A stretch of DNA of 64,000 bases from Octopus sinensis (Eukaryota): positions 44,528,464 through 44,592,463 of the forward strand of contig NC_043011.1 in NCBI RefSeq assembly GCF_006345805.1. The letters run 5' to 3'. The position numbers were made by a program, and so were the translations under genes. Shown here piece after piece: positions 26,467-39,924 of the stretch. How positions within the stretch are numbered: the stretch's first letter is position 1; each line of letters starts with the position of its first letter. The notes under the pieces were generated by a model. That model was not told the origin of the DNA. It was given only the letters and a program-made list of their open reading frames with translations, and did no database searches.

Positions 26467-28580
26467 TATATATACACACACACACACTTAGTTTATATAT
26501 ATGTATATATACTTATATGCCATAGTGTTTGACAAAGGTAGGTGTACATATTTATGCCTCAGTCCATATTATCATCTCTAGGACTTCACGACAAAACATT
26601 GGGGAGGACAGATGAACCATCACTGAATCAAAGAAATAAAAATACAAATATAAATAAGAAAATAATAACACTTGTTTGTTTTTGTTTTTGTTGGAACAAT
26701 AAGTTTTACCCAGATTGAAGATGACAACACCACCACCACCACCACTACTACTACCACCGCTGTTGTTCAGTCCTGATCTGGTAAACCTGGTGATGAAAGG
26801 CTTTCCTGTGATGACCATCCAGTCTGTTCAGCTATATAAGTCTACATCATTTAAATCACTGTGTATGATGTAACTGGAAGGAGATTTGACTGCTTGTTCT
26901 AGGAAACTGAGCAACCACAGAAACTCAGACAAAGATAAATCTGTGGCTCAGGAGTGAGGGTCATACTAGAAGGTCTGGTCCCAAGTTTCTGACAATAAAC
27001 TGTCTTTTAAATTATACTTTGGGGACAAGCAGCCGTGTACAAGACACTTTTGTAGTTCATCTACCGGCTTTATTATTATCATTGAGTGAGAGAGCAGCAC
27101 ATACCATCACAGGGACACTGGGGTACATATATATGAAGTCTAATATACGCATCATAACTACTCGGCTGATAAGGATACACCAGGCTTATTATTATTATTT
27201 TTATATTATCATTATTATTACACTTGTCACACAGCATCTGCTGCTGCTGCTGCTGGTGTAATGTAGATGCCAGCTATTCACAACTCGTGGACTGAGGTGG
27301 TACCTTCAAATTGTTATTACTATTCTTAGGTGTACTACTGTGTGTGTGACCAAGGACGTGTATGTTACAATTACTTGCTCCATGGTAAAAATACACTGAA
27401 ATTGTGTGTTTGTGTGTATTATCATCTGAAAGTGTACACTATTATATATCCACTACGGCCAATCTTACCAGTCGGTTTCATGCTAGCGATTCAACAGAGT
27501 GTTAGGTAACACTCCAATTATGTAACCCTGCACTCATCAGAGGTAGCCATTATGGAATGAAATATAGCAACTGCTCTCTTTTCCAGACTTATGGATTTTA
27601 AGATGACTTACACACATACACACACAAATATATATATTTATTTTTTTTTTACTTGTTTTATCTTCATTTTAGCTAAATCTCAGTGACTTAATGTGTTTGT
27701 TTCCCTTTTATCAAATGGACAATGATAGAGAGAAGGAATGCTGCAAGACTTGTGATGGTCATGCTAAGAGTGTTAGCAGTGGAAGAGAAGTGAATTTGCC
27801 CCAAACAAAAACTGCAACCCCAGTGCACAGAATTCAGGGAGAGAGGGCAGAAATGATATGTAAAGCATTGGTTCTGTTATATATTATAGGTTAGTAGAGC
27901 TTTGGGTTTACAGAGGAGGAGAGAAAGAAGATTATGAGGTGCTCATGCCCTTCCTAAGAGCATTAAATGACATAAATGAACTGGAAAAAAAAAAGGAACA
28001 TTGTGCTTCAAGTGAGAATTGAAACCCTATCAATGAATTTGCTCACCAGGAGCCCACATTGATTGTAGGGTCTTCAATGACTCAAATAAATGAGTGAATC
28101 TTCACTATTGTGAAAATATTGTCACTCTGGGTGGATCAAAGACAGGATGGAGTGGGACGGTATTTTGGTTATACTTTGAATTCAGCACCAAGACTGAACC
28201 AAATTTGAGATGATGATTATGATGATGATAGGGATGAGGATGGTGATAGTGGCAGTGACGATGAGAGTGATGGTGGTAAGGGTGGCGGCGATTGTTAAAA
28301 GACATGCATGACAAGTTAATGGAGAGGGAGGTGGGAAAGAGGGAGAGCACATCTTCTGGAAAGATCTTTCTTTCTGGAAGCAACAAACAATGGAGCAAGA
28401 AGAAAAACAAACCGTCTTTGAATCTTTCTAGATGTTTCTTTACCATAGAAATACCTCTCTAGTTTCTTCTTTTAATGAAGAAATATTCCCGTTAGGCCTT
28501 CCTTAGAAGGAACTAAGATCTTTTCAGATCTTTCTTTCAGGACAGAAAAAAATATTTTAAAAACCTGGATTTTAAAGACA

Positions 28581-30227
28581 TCAAGTTGCTGAAGAATGTT
28601 GTTTATAAGAGGTGTCTGACCTTGAAGTCATAGATCTTATGGTTGTCTTGATACTGTCCAGCACCGACTGGACGGCTTTTTCATCTACAGTACCTGCCAA
28701 ACGCTTCTTTCGATTTCTCTGCTCCTCTTCTGACAGATGTTTATTTACTTCCAGCAAAGATTTGCGATCAGCTTTTAACCCATGGTTAAATTTGACCGTG
28801 TGTAAGTTGTTTGGGTCACCAATTTTTTTAATTGATGTGAGAGAAGGTGATCTCAGTGATTCTATCGAAGAGGCATTGGAGAGGATTTCTTTGTCTTCAA
28901 AGATGGTGTCAAAACTAACGTAAGTTGACATCTTGGGATTTACTTTACTGGTTCCACCCCATGATGATGGTCTCTGGAACAATCCTCCAAGAATACTTCT
29001 GTTACCACTTTCTGACGATACGTCTTTCGAGAAAGGAGGTGAAGGTTTGCGCTTCAGTACTTCAACAGCTGAGGTTTTTGGAGACGACGATGGAGTTTGT
29101 TGAGAGACAAGTTTTTTGAAAGTATGCAGATCAGTACTTTGGTTTGGCAAAGATGATTTTTTGCCCAAATTCTTCAAGGTGGACAGAGATGTACTTTCAG
29201 ACAAATAAGTGCTGCCTTTTGGATATTTTTTCTTTGAGTTCTGTGGTTTGGTTAAGGTCTGAGAATCAGGTTTGCTACCACCAAACACACTGTTCATCTT
29301 TGATCTGAAACTTGTAGACTTTTGTACAGGAGAACTTATAAAATTATCAAACTGCTGCTCACCATCCATCTTCAATTGACTGATGTCAGTAATGCCTTGT
29401 CTACGGATATCTTTATTGAATGATTTACTGCGCCGGTCACTGGCTTCTACCTTCATGGCAACACGATAAGAATCAGACCTGTTGGTAGGCTCTATAGTGT
29501 TGCTGTTGTTGTTGTTGTTGTTCTGATTGATGTCTTGTACTGCAACACGATAAGAACCATTCCGGGTGACTACGTCATCGGTTAGTTTATTGGATGCTGA
29601 AATGGCCAGTCTGTAAGAATCCAACCGTTTTGGCTCTTCCTCAGGCTGTTCATACATAGCAACACGATAGGAACCATTCCTAGAGTTATGCTTGCTGCTG
29701 GAATCACTGGATTCTGGCTTTGATTGATCAGAAACTGAGTCAGATTGGTTTGTATCTGGCAGCAAATTAAGTTTTTTGCTGAAGCTCCCAGCAAGATTAT
29801 TATCTGTAGGACTCTTCTTCTCACTGGCTTCCTGATCTGATGGTGGAATGGTAAATGTAGAAAACGATAATCTTTTGCTACTGTTTTCCACAGTTAAACC
29901 AATGTTATTGTTGTTGCTTTGGCTGTTGTTGTTGCTATTATTATTATTATTATTATTATTGTTATTATTATTATTATTAGTGTTAATAACCACAGTTTCA
30001 CTGACTGGTAACTTTTGCAAATCAGGTTTATTGAAAGCAAAAGATGTGGAATTCTTGGAAACGTGGTCTTTGGCACTGGGAAAGGATGTGAAAGCATTTG
30101 GAATGAAGGACACAGCATAAGGACTTGATGGTGGACTCGAATCAGGTGAAGGAAGTTGCTGTTTCAAACTGGAGTTGCTTTCCATGATTGCATTCACATT
30201 GATCTCTTCATTAACGGCACCAAACTG

Positions 30228-30270
<43 letters not shown>

Positions 30271-31704
30271 GCAAGCTGAGCCAGAGGTTTCCTAATAATG
30301 ACAGAGTTTTTTAGGGGTCCTAAAGAATTGTTCTTCTGGCATGAAACCAAAGTCTCATTATGGATGGCATTAGTGCTGGGTTCTCTTTCAGTAGTGAAAC
30401 ATTTCTGATGAGTTGTGCTGGATATCGGTGCTGGATATCTTGGAAGAAAGTCAAAGTCACTATCAGACATTGTTACCACAGTACTAGTGTCATCGTTACA
30501 AATAGTTGTACTACTGGATGTAGAAGATGCGGAAGATGTAGATGTGAAAGAATTATGTTCTGGTAATGAAGAATAATGCTTATTTGTAACAGAAAGATCA
30601 GACAAGAGACAATGGTGAGTCTGATGATCACCGGCTGGAAGCATGTTGACATATGGAGAGAAATTTAGAGACTTTGGCATCTTTGCTTTGGAACTAGAAT
30701 CTTTGCGGAATGAAGATTTCAAAATGCCTTGTTTCTTGCCATCATTGGAACTATTATGGGTCCGTGGCCAAGACCCGGTTTTGTCTTGGTTCACACTCCA
30801 TTTCTCAGATGCTAAGTAGTTTCGAGGAAGTGTGTTTCCTCCATCATCGGAATCTTTTGTGTCTGATGTATTAGAAGAAGCAGTGGCTTCAGCTACAAGA
30901 CCGCTGCCCGACGAGGAACTATCGCTTCCTGTTTTCTGACCAACATGAAGCTGATTCGAAGAATCTTCATCACTTCCAGATGATGAAACAATGCACCATG
31001 AAGGAAAAGATTTTGGAGAAATAGCAGTCATGTTCTTTATATGTTTGTAGATAATCTCGTGGTCAGACTCTGAGTAATTTGATTCACTGGTGCCAGTGAC
31101 CAAAGAATTCCTATTGGAAGTATTGGTAAGTGTTGAGTCACTGGTTTCACTCTCTGTTGGGCTAGAGAGGTGACGTGGTGGGTTCATCTCTCTCGTTGGT
31201 GTTTGATCTCGTTCTTCTCTCATTTCTGCTTCCAGTTCCTGGTCGCATATATCTTCCATAAGTTGATTCCTGTCTGTTGCTTCACCAATGTTCTGGCATT
31301 TCGATCTACCTATCAACTTCAAATAGATCTCTGACAGTTCTGACATTCTATTTTTAGACATGGCTTTCATTGCCTTTAAGCCACTGTCACTGTGGAATGA
31401 CGTGTAGAAACCATCTTCATCGAGAGAGTACAGCGATGACACCTCGTCATCTTGTTTGAATTGTCTGCAAGACAGCACCATATCAGGATCATAAAACGGC
31501 ATATCTGTCTTAGGGTAAAAGTTGCTGGACTCAACACTGCTGGACGACGTGTTGTCAGGGTTAAAGGTTCGTGCCATCAGGTTCCTTCGATGCACGAGAG
31601 CATCAAGTTTGAACAATTCTGTGTTTAATGAGTCTCGGTCACTGGTTTCCCCTGTAAATGTGCTCATTTCATCTCCACCACATTCTGCCGTGTCACTGAA
31701 ACGT
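28581..31704 (-). CDS. NHSL1: Large terminal coding exon of the NHS-like protein (Ser/Asn-rich, disordered)
   Basis: Acceptor ttattctatttcag|A (phase 2, completes AG+A=Arg). ORF runs open to TGA at 28581. Contains SSLYSLDEDGFYTSFHSDSGL, resembling the NHS-family SxYSxDxxGYFTSMHxDCGL motif. Confidence 0.9.
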
Positions 31705-31834
31705 CTGAAATAGAATAAGAAAAATAATTAATACAAACAAAAGATTTAGGTAAGAAAATTCTAGAAACTTGCTCTATGAACAACAATTATAGCAACACAT
31801 TTGTGCTCTACCATCAATGTGTATCTTATGTATT

Positions 31835-32102
31835 AGTTCACATGCGTCAGTCACATGTACCAGGTCACATGATCAGGTCATGTGTACTGACCATACAACT
31901 GTGTATATCAGTTACCTGCTCAAGTAATAGGTACTTGGTCACACATATCAGTCACATGATCAGGTCACATGTAATGGTCACATGATCAGGTAATGTGTAA
32001 TGGGTTATATGTACCAGGCTACATGTACCAGTTACATGGTCAGATCACAAGTACCAGGATGTATGACAAGGTCACATGTATCAGTCACATGATTGAGTCA
32101 CA
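31835..32102. repeat. About 12-bp minisatellite (caggtcacatga/t)
   Basis: Tandem GTCACATG units upstream of the terminal-exon acceptor. Confidence 0.8.
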
Positions 32103-32301
32103 AGCTTACAGATGCAGAATTAAACAAAAATGGTAAGACTATAAAACCCCCAAACATTTCCACCATCAATATGAAACCTTTGAGAAGTTTTGACAAATAG
32201 GGATAAGATATCTTGCTTAGGGAAACAATACAATCTTCAAAATATGATTTGAACCTAAGATTCCTATGTCAAATGGCCAGTTGTTTATTATAATTCTCCA
32301 A

Positions 32302-32760
32302 TAAGGCGGCGAGCTGGCAGAAATATTAGCATGCCAGGCGAAATGCTTAGCAGTATTTCGTCTGTCTTTATGTTCTGAGTTCAAATTCTGCCGAAGTCGA
32401 CTTTGCCTTTCATCCTTTCAGAGTCAATAAATTAAGTACCAGTTGCATACTGGGGGTGGGGGGATCTAATCGACTGGCACCCCCCCAAAAAATTTGGGCC
32501 TTGTGCCTAGAGTAGAAAAGAATTATTTCTATTTTTATCCTTTAAAGGCGGCAATCTTGCAGAAACGTTAGCACAACGGGCAAAATGCTTAGCAGTATTT
32601 CATCTCTTTTTATATTCTAAGTTCAAATTCCACCGAGGTCAACTTTGCCTTCCATCCTTTTGGGGTCGATAAATTAAGTACCAGTTGCATATTGAGGTGG
32701 TCTAATTGACTGGCTCCCTCCCCCAAAATTTCAGGCCTTGTGCCTAGAGTAGAAAAGATC
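32302..32760 (+). mobile_element. Two tandem SINE family B copies (variant tail gccttgtgcctagagtagaaaag)
   Basis: Head-to-tail copies start at about 32302 and 32544. Confidence 0.85.
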
Positions 32761-33261
32761 ATAATTCTCCAATGATACTGATGTGTTAGTTGTTGTTATT
32801 GTTGTTGTTGTATAGCCCAAGGCCAGCATTGATCCAGTAGTCCTATGGAACACAAGAAATCAACTAAAGGACAGACTATGATTCACTGTTCACTATAGCT
32901 CCATGTCTGTGCCCTACTGAGGACTATACCATTCACTCTGCTAACAGGAGGGGTGGTAAGGTAGTGTGGACATATTGGTGTGTACGATATCAATACCCAG
33001 AACACCCAGAGGTCTCTTGAACTACTACAAATTGATTTTATTGATCAGACTTAGAGTCGTGGAGGCACAAAATGTTCTGCAGCTAATAGAAGGGGGTCAA
33101 CATATGATAGAGTTTCAACAGTAGTTGCCATAGTTACATGAACTCCAATAATAATTAACAGCAAAAGAGGGGTGGTGAGAGTTGCAATGATATAGCACCA
33201 AATAAAGCATGCTGTGAGTTCAAATCTTGCTAGAGTCAACTATACTTTTTAGCTTGTTGTC

Positions 33262-33560
33262 ATCATCATCATTATCATCTTTTACCATCCACTTTCCATT
33301 CTGGCCTGGGTTGGATGGTTTGACAGGAATCGGTGAGTCAAAGGACAGTGCCAAGATCTACGGTATGTTTTGGCATGGTTTCTATGGCTGGATGCCATTC
33401 CTAATGCCAACCAATTTGCAAAATGTACTGCCAAGTTTTTTATGTGGCACCAGCACCAGTGAGGTCACCAAGTGATTACAAGACAAAGACCACTTGAGTG
33501 GAAGTGGTATTGAGGGAGATCACTTTGTGCCAGGTGGTGAAAGGTAAGAGTATGACAGAG
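33262..33560 (-). mobile_element. RTE-like LINE 3' UTR remnant with (GAT)n tail
   Basis: Reverse complement resembles 62235-62566 (ttggcattaggaa.ggcatccagc). Confidence 0.6.
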
Positions 33561-33771
33561 GAATAGAGACAGGCGTCTTGCTGAAGAGGAGATACCTGGC
33601 CACTCTAGATGGAAAGAGGGAGGGGGTAAAAGAGAGGACAGTGAGAGGACAAAGTGTGAGAGAGAGAGAGGAGAGAATGAGAGAGGAAAGTGAAAGGGTA
33701 AAGTGTGGTGGGGTGAGAGAAAGGAGGAGTAAGAGACAGAGAAGAGAAAGAGTGAGAGGGGAGAAAAACAT

Positions 33772-33839
<68 letters not shown>

Positions 33840-34147
33840 AAGAGAGATGCCAGGTAAAGAGAAGTTACAGTGTGACAGAGAGACAGAAACAGGCATCTTG
33901 CAATAGAGGGGATACATGGCTACTCATGTTGGAAAAAGAGAAAGAGAGAGATAGGTGGGAGTGGGAGAGGAAGAAAGAGTAAGAGAGTGTGTGAGAGAGA
34001 GAGAGGTATTAGGTAAAGGGAGGTTCAGGTAAGAAAGAGGGACAGAAACAGGTGTGTATATTATAGTACACAATGTCTTATATACAATGGTGTATAGTGT
34101 TACATATGATGATGTGTTATATGTAATGGCATACAATATATGTAGAC

Positions 34148-34562
34148 ACAGGCATGTCTGTGTGTAAGAAGTTTGCTTCTCAACTATGTGGTTTCAGGTT
34201 CAGTCCTGCTGTGCAGCGCCTTGGGCAAGAGTGTTCTACTATAATCCCAGATTTGACCAAAGTCTTGTGAGTAGATTTGGTAGGCAGAAACTGAAAGAAG
34301 CCCCTCGCATAAATACATGCATATATATGTGAGAGGGGAAGTGGGGAGTCTTTGTGTTTATGTCTCTCCTCAGTCGCTTGTTGATAAACGATTTTGATTT
34401 GTTTAAGTCCCCTTAACTCAGCAGTTAGGTAAAAGGGACCAACAGAGTAAGTACCAGACTTTAAAAGATATAAGTGTTGGGGTCAATTTCTTTGCAAAAA
34501 CCTTTCAAAGTAGAACCCTAGGACGGTTGCAGCTCAATGACAGAAACTAGTAAAAGATAACA
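34148..34562 (+). mobile_element. Diverged SINE family A
   Basis: Head, core and tail are recognisable. Confidence 0.75.
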
Positions 34563-34587
34563 GATATAATAATATATGAAGAAGTGC

Positions 34588-35020
34588 TGAAAAGTCCCTG
34601 CCTTTAAGGGTATCACAAAGGGCAGGTTGGAGGGCCAACATTCTGAGTTCTTTTAAAAGGCTTACAGAAACTGAAGGACTACTGCAATAAGTGTGGGAAT
34701 CTGAGAGGGGAATATGTTGAATGGAGTCATAATTAACTGATCCACCTGTATTATTTTTTACCCAAAGCCAGGAACTTATCAGCATCACCTCATTCATATA
34801 TATATATGGTGGGGGGGGGGGCTGAAAAGACTCTGGTTTTAAGGGTGAAAGGCATGGTTGGAGACCCAACCTTCTGAGTTCTTTTACAGGACTTACAAAA
34901 ACTGAAGGACTGCTGCAATAAGTGTGTGAATCTGAGAAGGGATTATGCTGAATCAAATAATAATTTAACAGATCCCCTTGTAATTTCTTTTACCCAAAGT
35001 CAGGATCTTTTCAACAAACA
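34588..35020. repeat. Diverged ~235-bp direct duplication
   Basis: ttctgagttctttt..cttaca.aaactgaaggact.ctgcaataagtgtg.gaatctgaga occurs twice. Confidence 0.8.
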
Positions 35021-36282
35021 CCCTCATGTATAATACTGTATCATGGCATATATAGTGGTGTATATAATTGTGTATAGTGTTGTAGTCCTAACTTTATTTA
35101 TTAGGCCTGTCAGAAAATGATTGAAACACAGGTTACCCATGGAAAGGGAAGGATTGGTGTGTGTGGCTACTGTGAAGGCTATGGGCAGACACTCTTTCAT
35201 GAGACCAAAACAATGAAAAATAATAACAGCAGCAGCAGAAATGGAATTGGTACAGTTGGTTTTGAAACAGAAATATCTGGTGAGGAAGGCAGAAGCCGTG
35301 AATGATGACAAAGAGGAAGTATGCATATTATACACCCATGCAGGCATACAGCCATGCAGATATACAGCCATGCAGATATACAACCATGCAAACATGCAAT
35401 ACAGGCAGGCAGACAAACAGGTAGAAATGCAATGCACACGTGCATACTGACATATAGAGATTTAAGAAAGAATTTTAACCAAAATAAAAATGAAATAAAA
35501 TAAAATAAAAATTTATTTTTACCTAAAAAACAAATTGAAATTTTGGGGAATTTAGGAAATAAAAACTTAAATAAAAAGCAGCTCGCAAAACGAAAACAGT
35601 CCAATATTTTATGATGAGTCGACATGCAAAGTTACCTTTCGGAGTCTTAGACAAACAGGATGTAGTATTTTGTTGTTGTTGTTGTTGCTGTTGTAGTTGT
35701 TTAGCCCCAGGTCAGGAGTAACTGAGAAAACCATATCAGCATGCAGGCAGGTACACAATCAACTGAACAACTAGGTTAGTTCCATGGATCAATGGCACCA
35801 GATATCCTGTGTCTCCTCCACTTTGTTGATGACTATATAACTGCACATTGTAACATGCAGCGGTTAATTGAATGTGTTGCTGTGTGACAAGCAGTCTGGA
35901 GGTGTTCTATTCACTCTATCTTTCTCTCTCCACTCTTGTTTTGTAGATCCTGGTGATGGCCACAGAGGATGGAGGCAGCAACTCAGTTTGACTGGGACAG
36001 CTGCTGTCCCCTCTGCACATAGGTCCAATGTTGAGTACAACCACAGCACAAAGTCTGGGGCTCATGAGGCAGTTTATTGAGTTATTGACAATAATCACAG
36101 GTGGTGTTGAGTAAAATACCAGCACAAGTTGTGGAGCTCATAAGGTGACTGACTCAGAAACCTGGCAGTGTTGTGCACAGCCTCTGCACAGAACTTTGGG
36201 ATACTGAAGTGACTGACGATTATTTCTGATGGTATATACATATATGCTTTATACATATATATATATATATAATATATACATT

Positions 36283-36675
36283 CTTTCTTTTATTTGTTTC
36301 AGTCATTTGACTGTGGCCATGCTGGAGCACTGCCTTTAGTCAAACAAATCAACCCCAGGACTTATTCTTTGTAAGCCTAGTACTTATTCTATCAGTCCCT
36401 TTTGACAAACTACTAAATTATGGGTACATAAACACACTAACATCGGTTGTCAAGTGACGGTGGAAGGTCAAACACAGACACACAAACATACATTATATAT
36501 ATATATATATATATATATATGATAGGCTTCTTTCAGTTTCCATCTACCAAATCTACTCACAAGGTTTTGGTCGGCCCAAGGCTATAGTAAGAGACACTTG
36601 TCCAAAGTACAATGCAATGGGACTGAACCCAGAACCATGTGGTTTGGTAAGCAAGCAACTTACCACACAGCCACT
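36283..36675 (-). mobile_element. SINE family A
   Basis: Full-length match. Confidence 0.85.
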
Positions 36676-36941
36676 GTATATGTATGTATATACTTTTTAT
36701 TAAAGCTGAAAAAACTTTTTCAAACTGTTACACAGCTTCAAGCTACTGTTTGCCAGACATACTCAATATGATCACAACTGTCTGACAAACAGTAACATGA
36801 AACTCTGAGTAACAGTTTGTGTAGATTTTTTTGGGGGGGGTTAATAGAAAGCATATTGCTCTACCTCTGGTATTTGGGTAGTATTTTTTCCACCTTGTTT
36901 TGCATTTATGTGCTTACTTGTGTGAGTATAAATCTATGTGT

Positions 36942-37177
36942 TAAGGCGGCAAGCTGGCAGAAGCGTTAGCACACCGGGCGAAATGCTGAGCGATATTTCA
37001 TCTGCCGCTACGTTCTGAGTTCAAATTCCGCTGAGGTCGACTTTGCCTTTCATCCTTTCAGGGTCGATTAAATAAGTACCAGTTATGCACTGGGGTCGAT
37101 ATAATCGACTTAATCCGTTTGTCTGTCCTTGTTTGTCCCTTCTGTGTTTAGCCCCTTGTGGGTAGTAAAGAAATAGG
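36942..37177 (+). mobile_element. Young full-length SINE family B
   Basis: Flanked by tata(a/t)atctatgtgt duplication; tail tttagccccttgtgggtagtaaagaaata. Confidence 0.88.
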
Positions 37178-37249
37178 TATATATCTATGTGTGTGTGTGT
37201 GTATATGGCAAGGTGTGTGTGTTTATGGTAAGTTGTGTGGGTGGGGGTT

Positions 37250-37733
37250 CATTAGACTGCAGCCATGCTGGGGCACTGCTTTGAAGGGATCAGTCCAATG
37301 AATCAACCCCAGTGTCTAACTGCATGCCTCATACTTATTTTATAGGTCTTTTTTGCCAAACTCCTAAGTTACGAGCATGTAACACCAGCTGCCAAGCAGT
37401 GGTGGGGACAAGCACAAACACACACACACACATACATATGATGGGCTTCTTTCAGTTTCCACTTGCCAAACCAATTCACAAGACTTATGTCAGCCTGGGA
37501 CAATAGTAGAAGCCAGTTGCACCAGGTGCGACATAGTGGGGCTGACCCTGAAACCATGTGGCTGGGGAACAAACGTCTCACCACAGAGCCATTTTTGCAC
37601 CTACATTTCTGTATTGTTTTGTTTTTGGTCGGCCCGAGGCTATAGTAAGGGACACTTGTCCAAAGTGCCATGCAGTGGGACTGAACTTGGAACCATACGG
37701 TTTGGTAAGCAAGCTACTTATTACACAGCCACT
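37250..37733 (-). mobile_element. Two SINE family A copies or fragments
   Basis: A diverged copy at 37250-37590 and a head at 37625-37733. Confidence 0.75.
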
Positions 37734-38627
37734 GTGAGGGTGAGGGTTGCAATAGGCATTGGGGGTGTTCGATTTAACTTCAAGTTTGCTATTTGTCTAC
37801 TGTGTTGCTGGCAGGAAGAGAGACAATGGTAAGCACTACTTTATGTCTGTTGTGATGAGAATTAATGCCATGGGCCTGGGGTCTCTAGCCACCAGGTCAC
37901 AGACCAGTAGTAGGACATGGATCGTTTGGTACTTGACCTCACAAAAAGAATAAATTTTACTAATTTATTTCTGTTTTATTGACTACTGCAGTCTGTTGGA
38001 AAAATCTGACTTTGGCCCCTCTTTTTGCAAGTAAGGGCCCAGTAAGGGGTCATTCATTCTGTTCCAACATGATTGGGAGGAGAGGGTTATGAGAGAAGGG
38101 GAGAAAGAAAGAAAGGTGAGGAAAGTGAGGGTGGGAGAGGGTGGGGGTGGCAATAGGGAAGGGTGGAGAAGGGGAGGTTGGGTGAAGATAGGGAGAGTAG
38201 TAGGGAGAAAGGGGGAGAAGAGGAAAGATGGGAGGTAGATGAGGGTGGAGGTAAGAGGGGAGAGAGAAGACAGAGTGTGGGGGAAGGGGCAATAGAAAGA
38301 GGGAAGGTATGAGGGTGGAGATGGGGATGTGAGGAATGTAAGGGTAAGGGGATAGGGAGTAGTTGGAGAGTGTGGAGGGAAAGTTGAGGATGAAAGGGCA
38401 GAGGGAGAGAGAGCAAGAGAGAGAGAGAGAGTGAGAGCAAGAGAGAGAGAGAGCAAGAGGAGAGAGAGAGCAAGAGAGAGAGAGAGTGCAAGAGAGAGAG
38501 AGAGAGAGCAAGAGAGAGAGAGAGTGCAAGAGAGAGAGGGGAGAGAGAAGAAAGTGAGGGAGGAAAACAAGAAAGAAGTTCATATACACACACTACCTAC
38601 ACACACACACACACACACATATACAAA

Positions 38628-38785
38628 AAGCTTCTTTCAGTTTCTGCCTACCAAATCCACTCACAAGGTCTTGGTCAGCCCGAGGCTATAGTAGAAGACA
38701 TTTGCCTAAGGTGCCATGCAGTGAGATTGAACTTGGGACCATGTGGTTGAGAAACAAACTTCTAACTACACAGCCACACCTATGC
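38628..38785 (-). mobile_element. SINE family A 5' half
   Basis: Head and core match. Confidence 0.8.
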
Positions 38786-39924
38786 CAATGTAATAAGTCA
38801 TTATTTATCATCTGTAATATCATTAATCTTGTCATAATATATGTTCAAGTGTCATACTTAAGATAAGCTTAAAACTATGGGAGGACATTGACAACAAAAT
38901 CAAAATCTTTGATATAATGTAACAAGCTCAGGTGTTACACTAAACACTGAACAATTTTTTAACTATGGAAGGACATCGATATCTTTCACATAATGAAACA
39001 AGCTTCAGTCTAATACCGTCAACAAGCATAACTATGGAAGGAGAACACTGACATAATCAAACTTTTTTACACAGTCACACAATGTTATGAATGTCCTATA
39101 AGCTTATGCAAGAAAATAGAAAGGATATTTATAAATTGGGGAATGTTCAAGGGTCTCATTGTTGTTAGGGATGTGTGGGTTTTTTTTTAACTGGTATTCA
39201 AGGGATGAGCCTTATTTCCAAGACATTGCCATATTTTGTAATCTATGTACATTGTCACTTTAGTTTTAACTCCTCTGAGTTCAATGTAAACTCTATAAGC
39301 ATACACAGCTGTCTCTTCAACCATTGCTCTTGAGGGCAATGTAACGTCAACCATTGCTCTTAAGGCAAATAAAAAATTTATCGTCATTATCATCAGAAGC
39401 AGTAGTATAATCATCATCATCACCACCACCACCACCACCGTTGTCATAATTTTCAAAGTCACTTTCCCACGGTCTAATAAAAATTCACAGATGTAGGCTT
39501 TCTACAGCTGGATGTTCTTCCTGTCACTGACCCTCAGCTGTTTTTCAAGCATTGTCATATTTTCCATAGTCCAGACATTTTCCCCAGGAAAACTCTAAAC
39601 AAACAACACCACTTGTATGATGTTGACACGTATTTACAATTACCCCCCCCCCCAATATCAAAACAAGGACTCACATACTCATACATACATACATACATGC
39701 ACATACACACATGCAACAGGCCTCTTTCCAGTTTCCATTTACCAAATTTACTCATAAGGCATCGATCAGCTCAAGGCTATAGAAGAAGACACTTTTCTAA
39801 GATGCCAAACAGTGGGACTGAACCTGCAACCATGTAAGTACAAAGTGCACTTTTTAACTGCACAGACATGCCTGCACAATTATTACTGTTATTATTATTG
39901 TTGTTGTTGTTGTTGAATGTTATA

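Noticed and set aside
28612-31713. Plus-strand ORFs overlapping the large exon
   Set aside because: Antisense shadows of the real minus-strand CDS.
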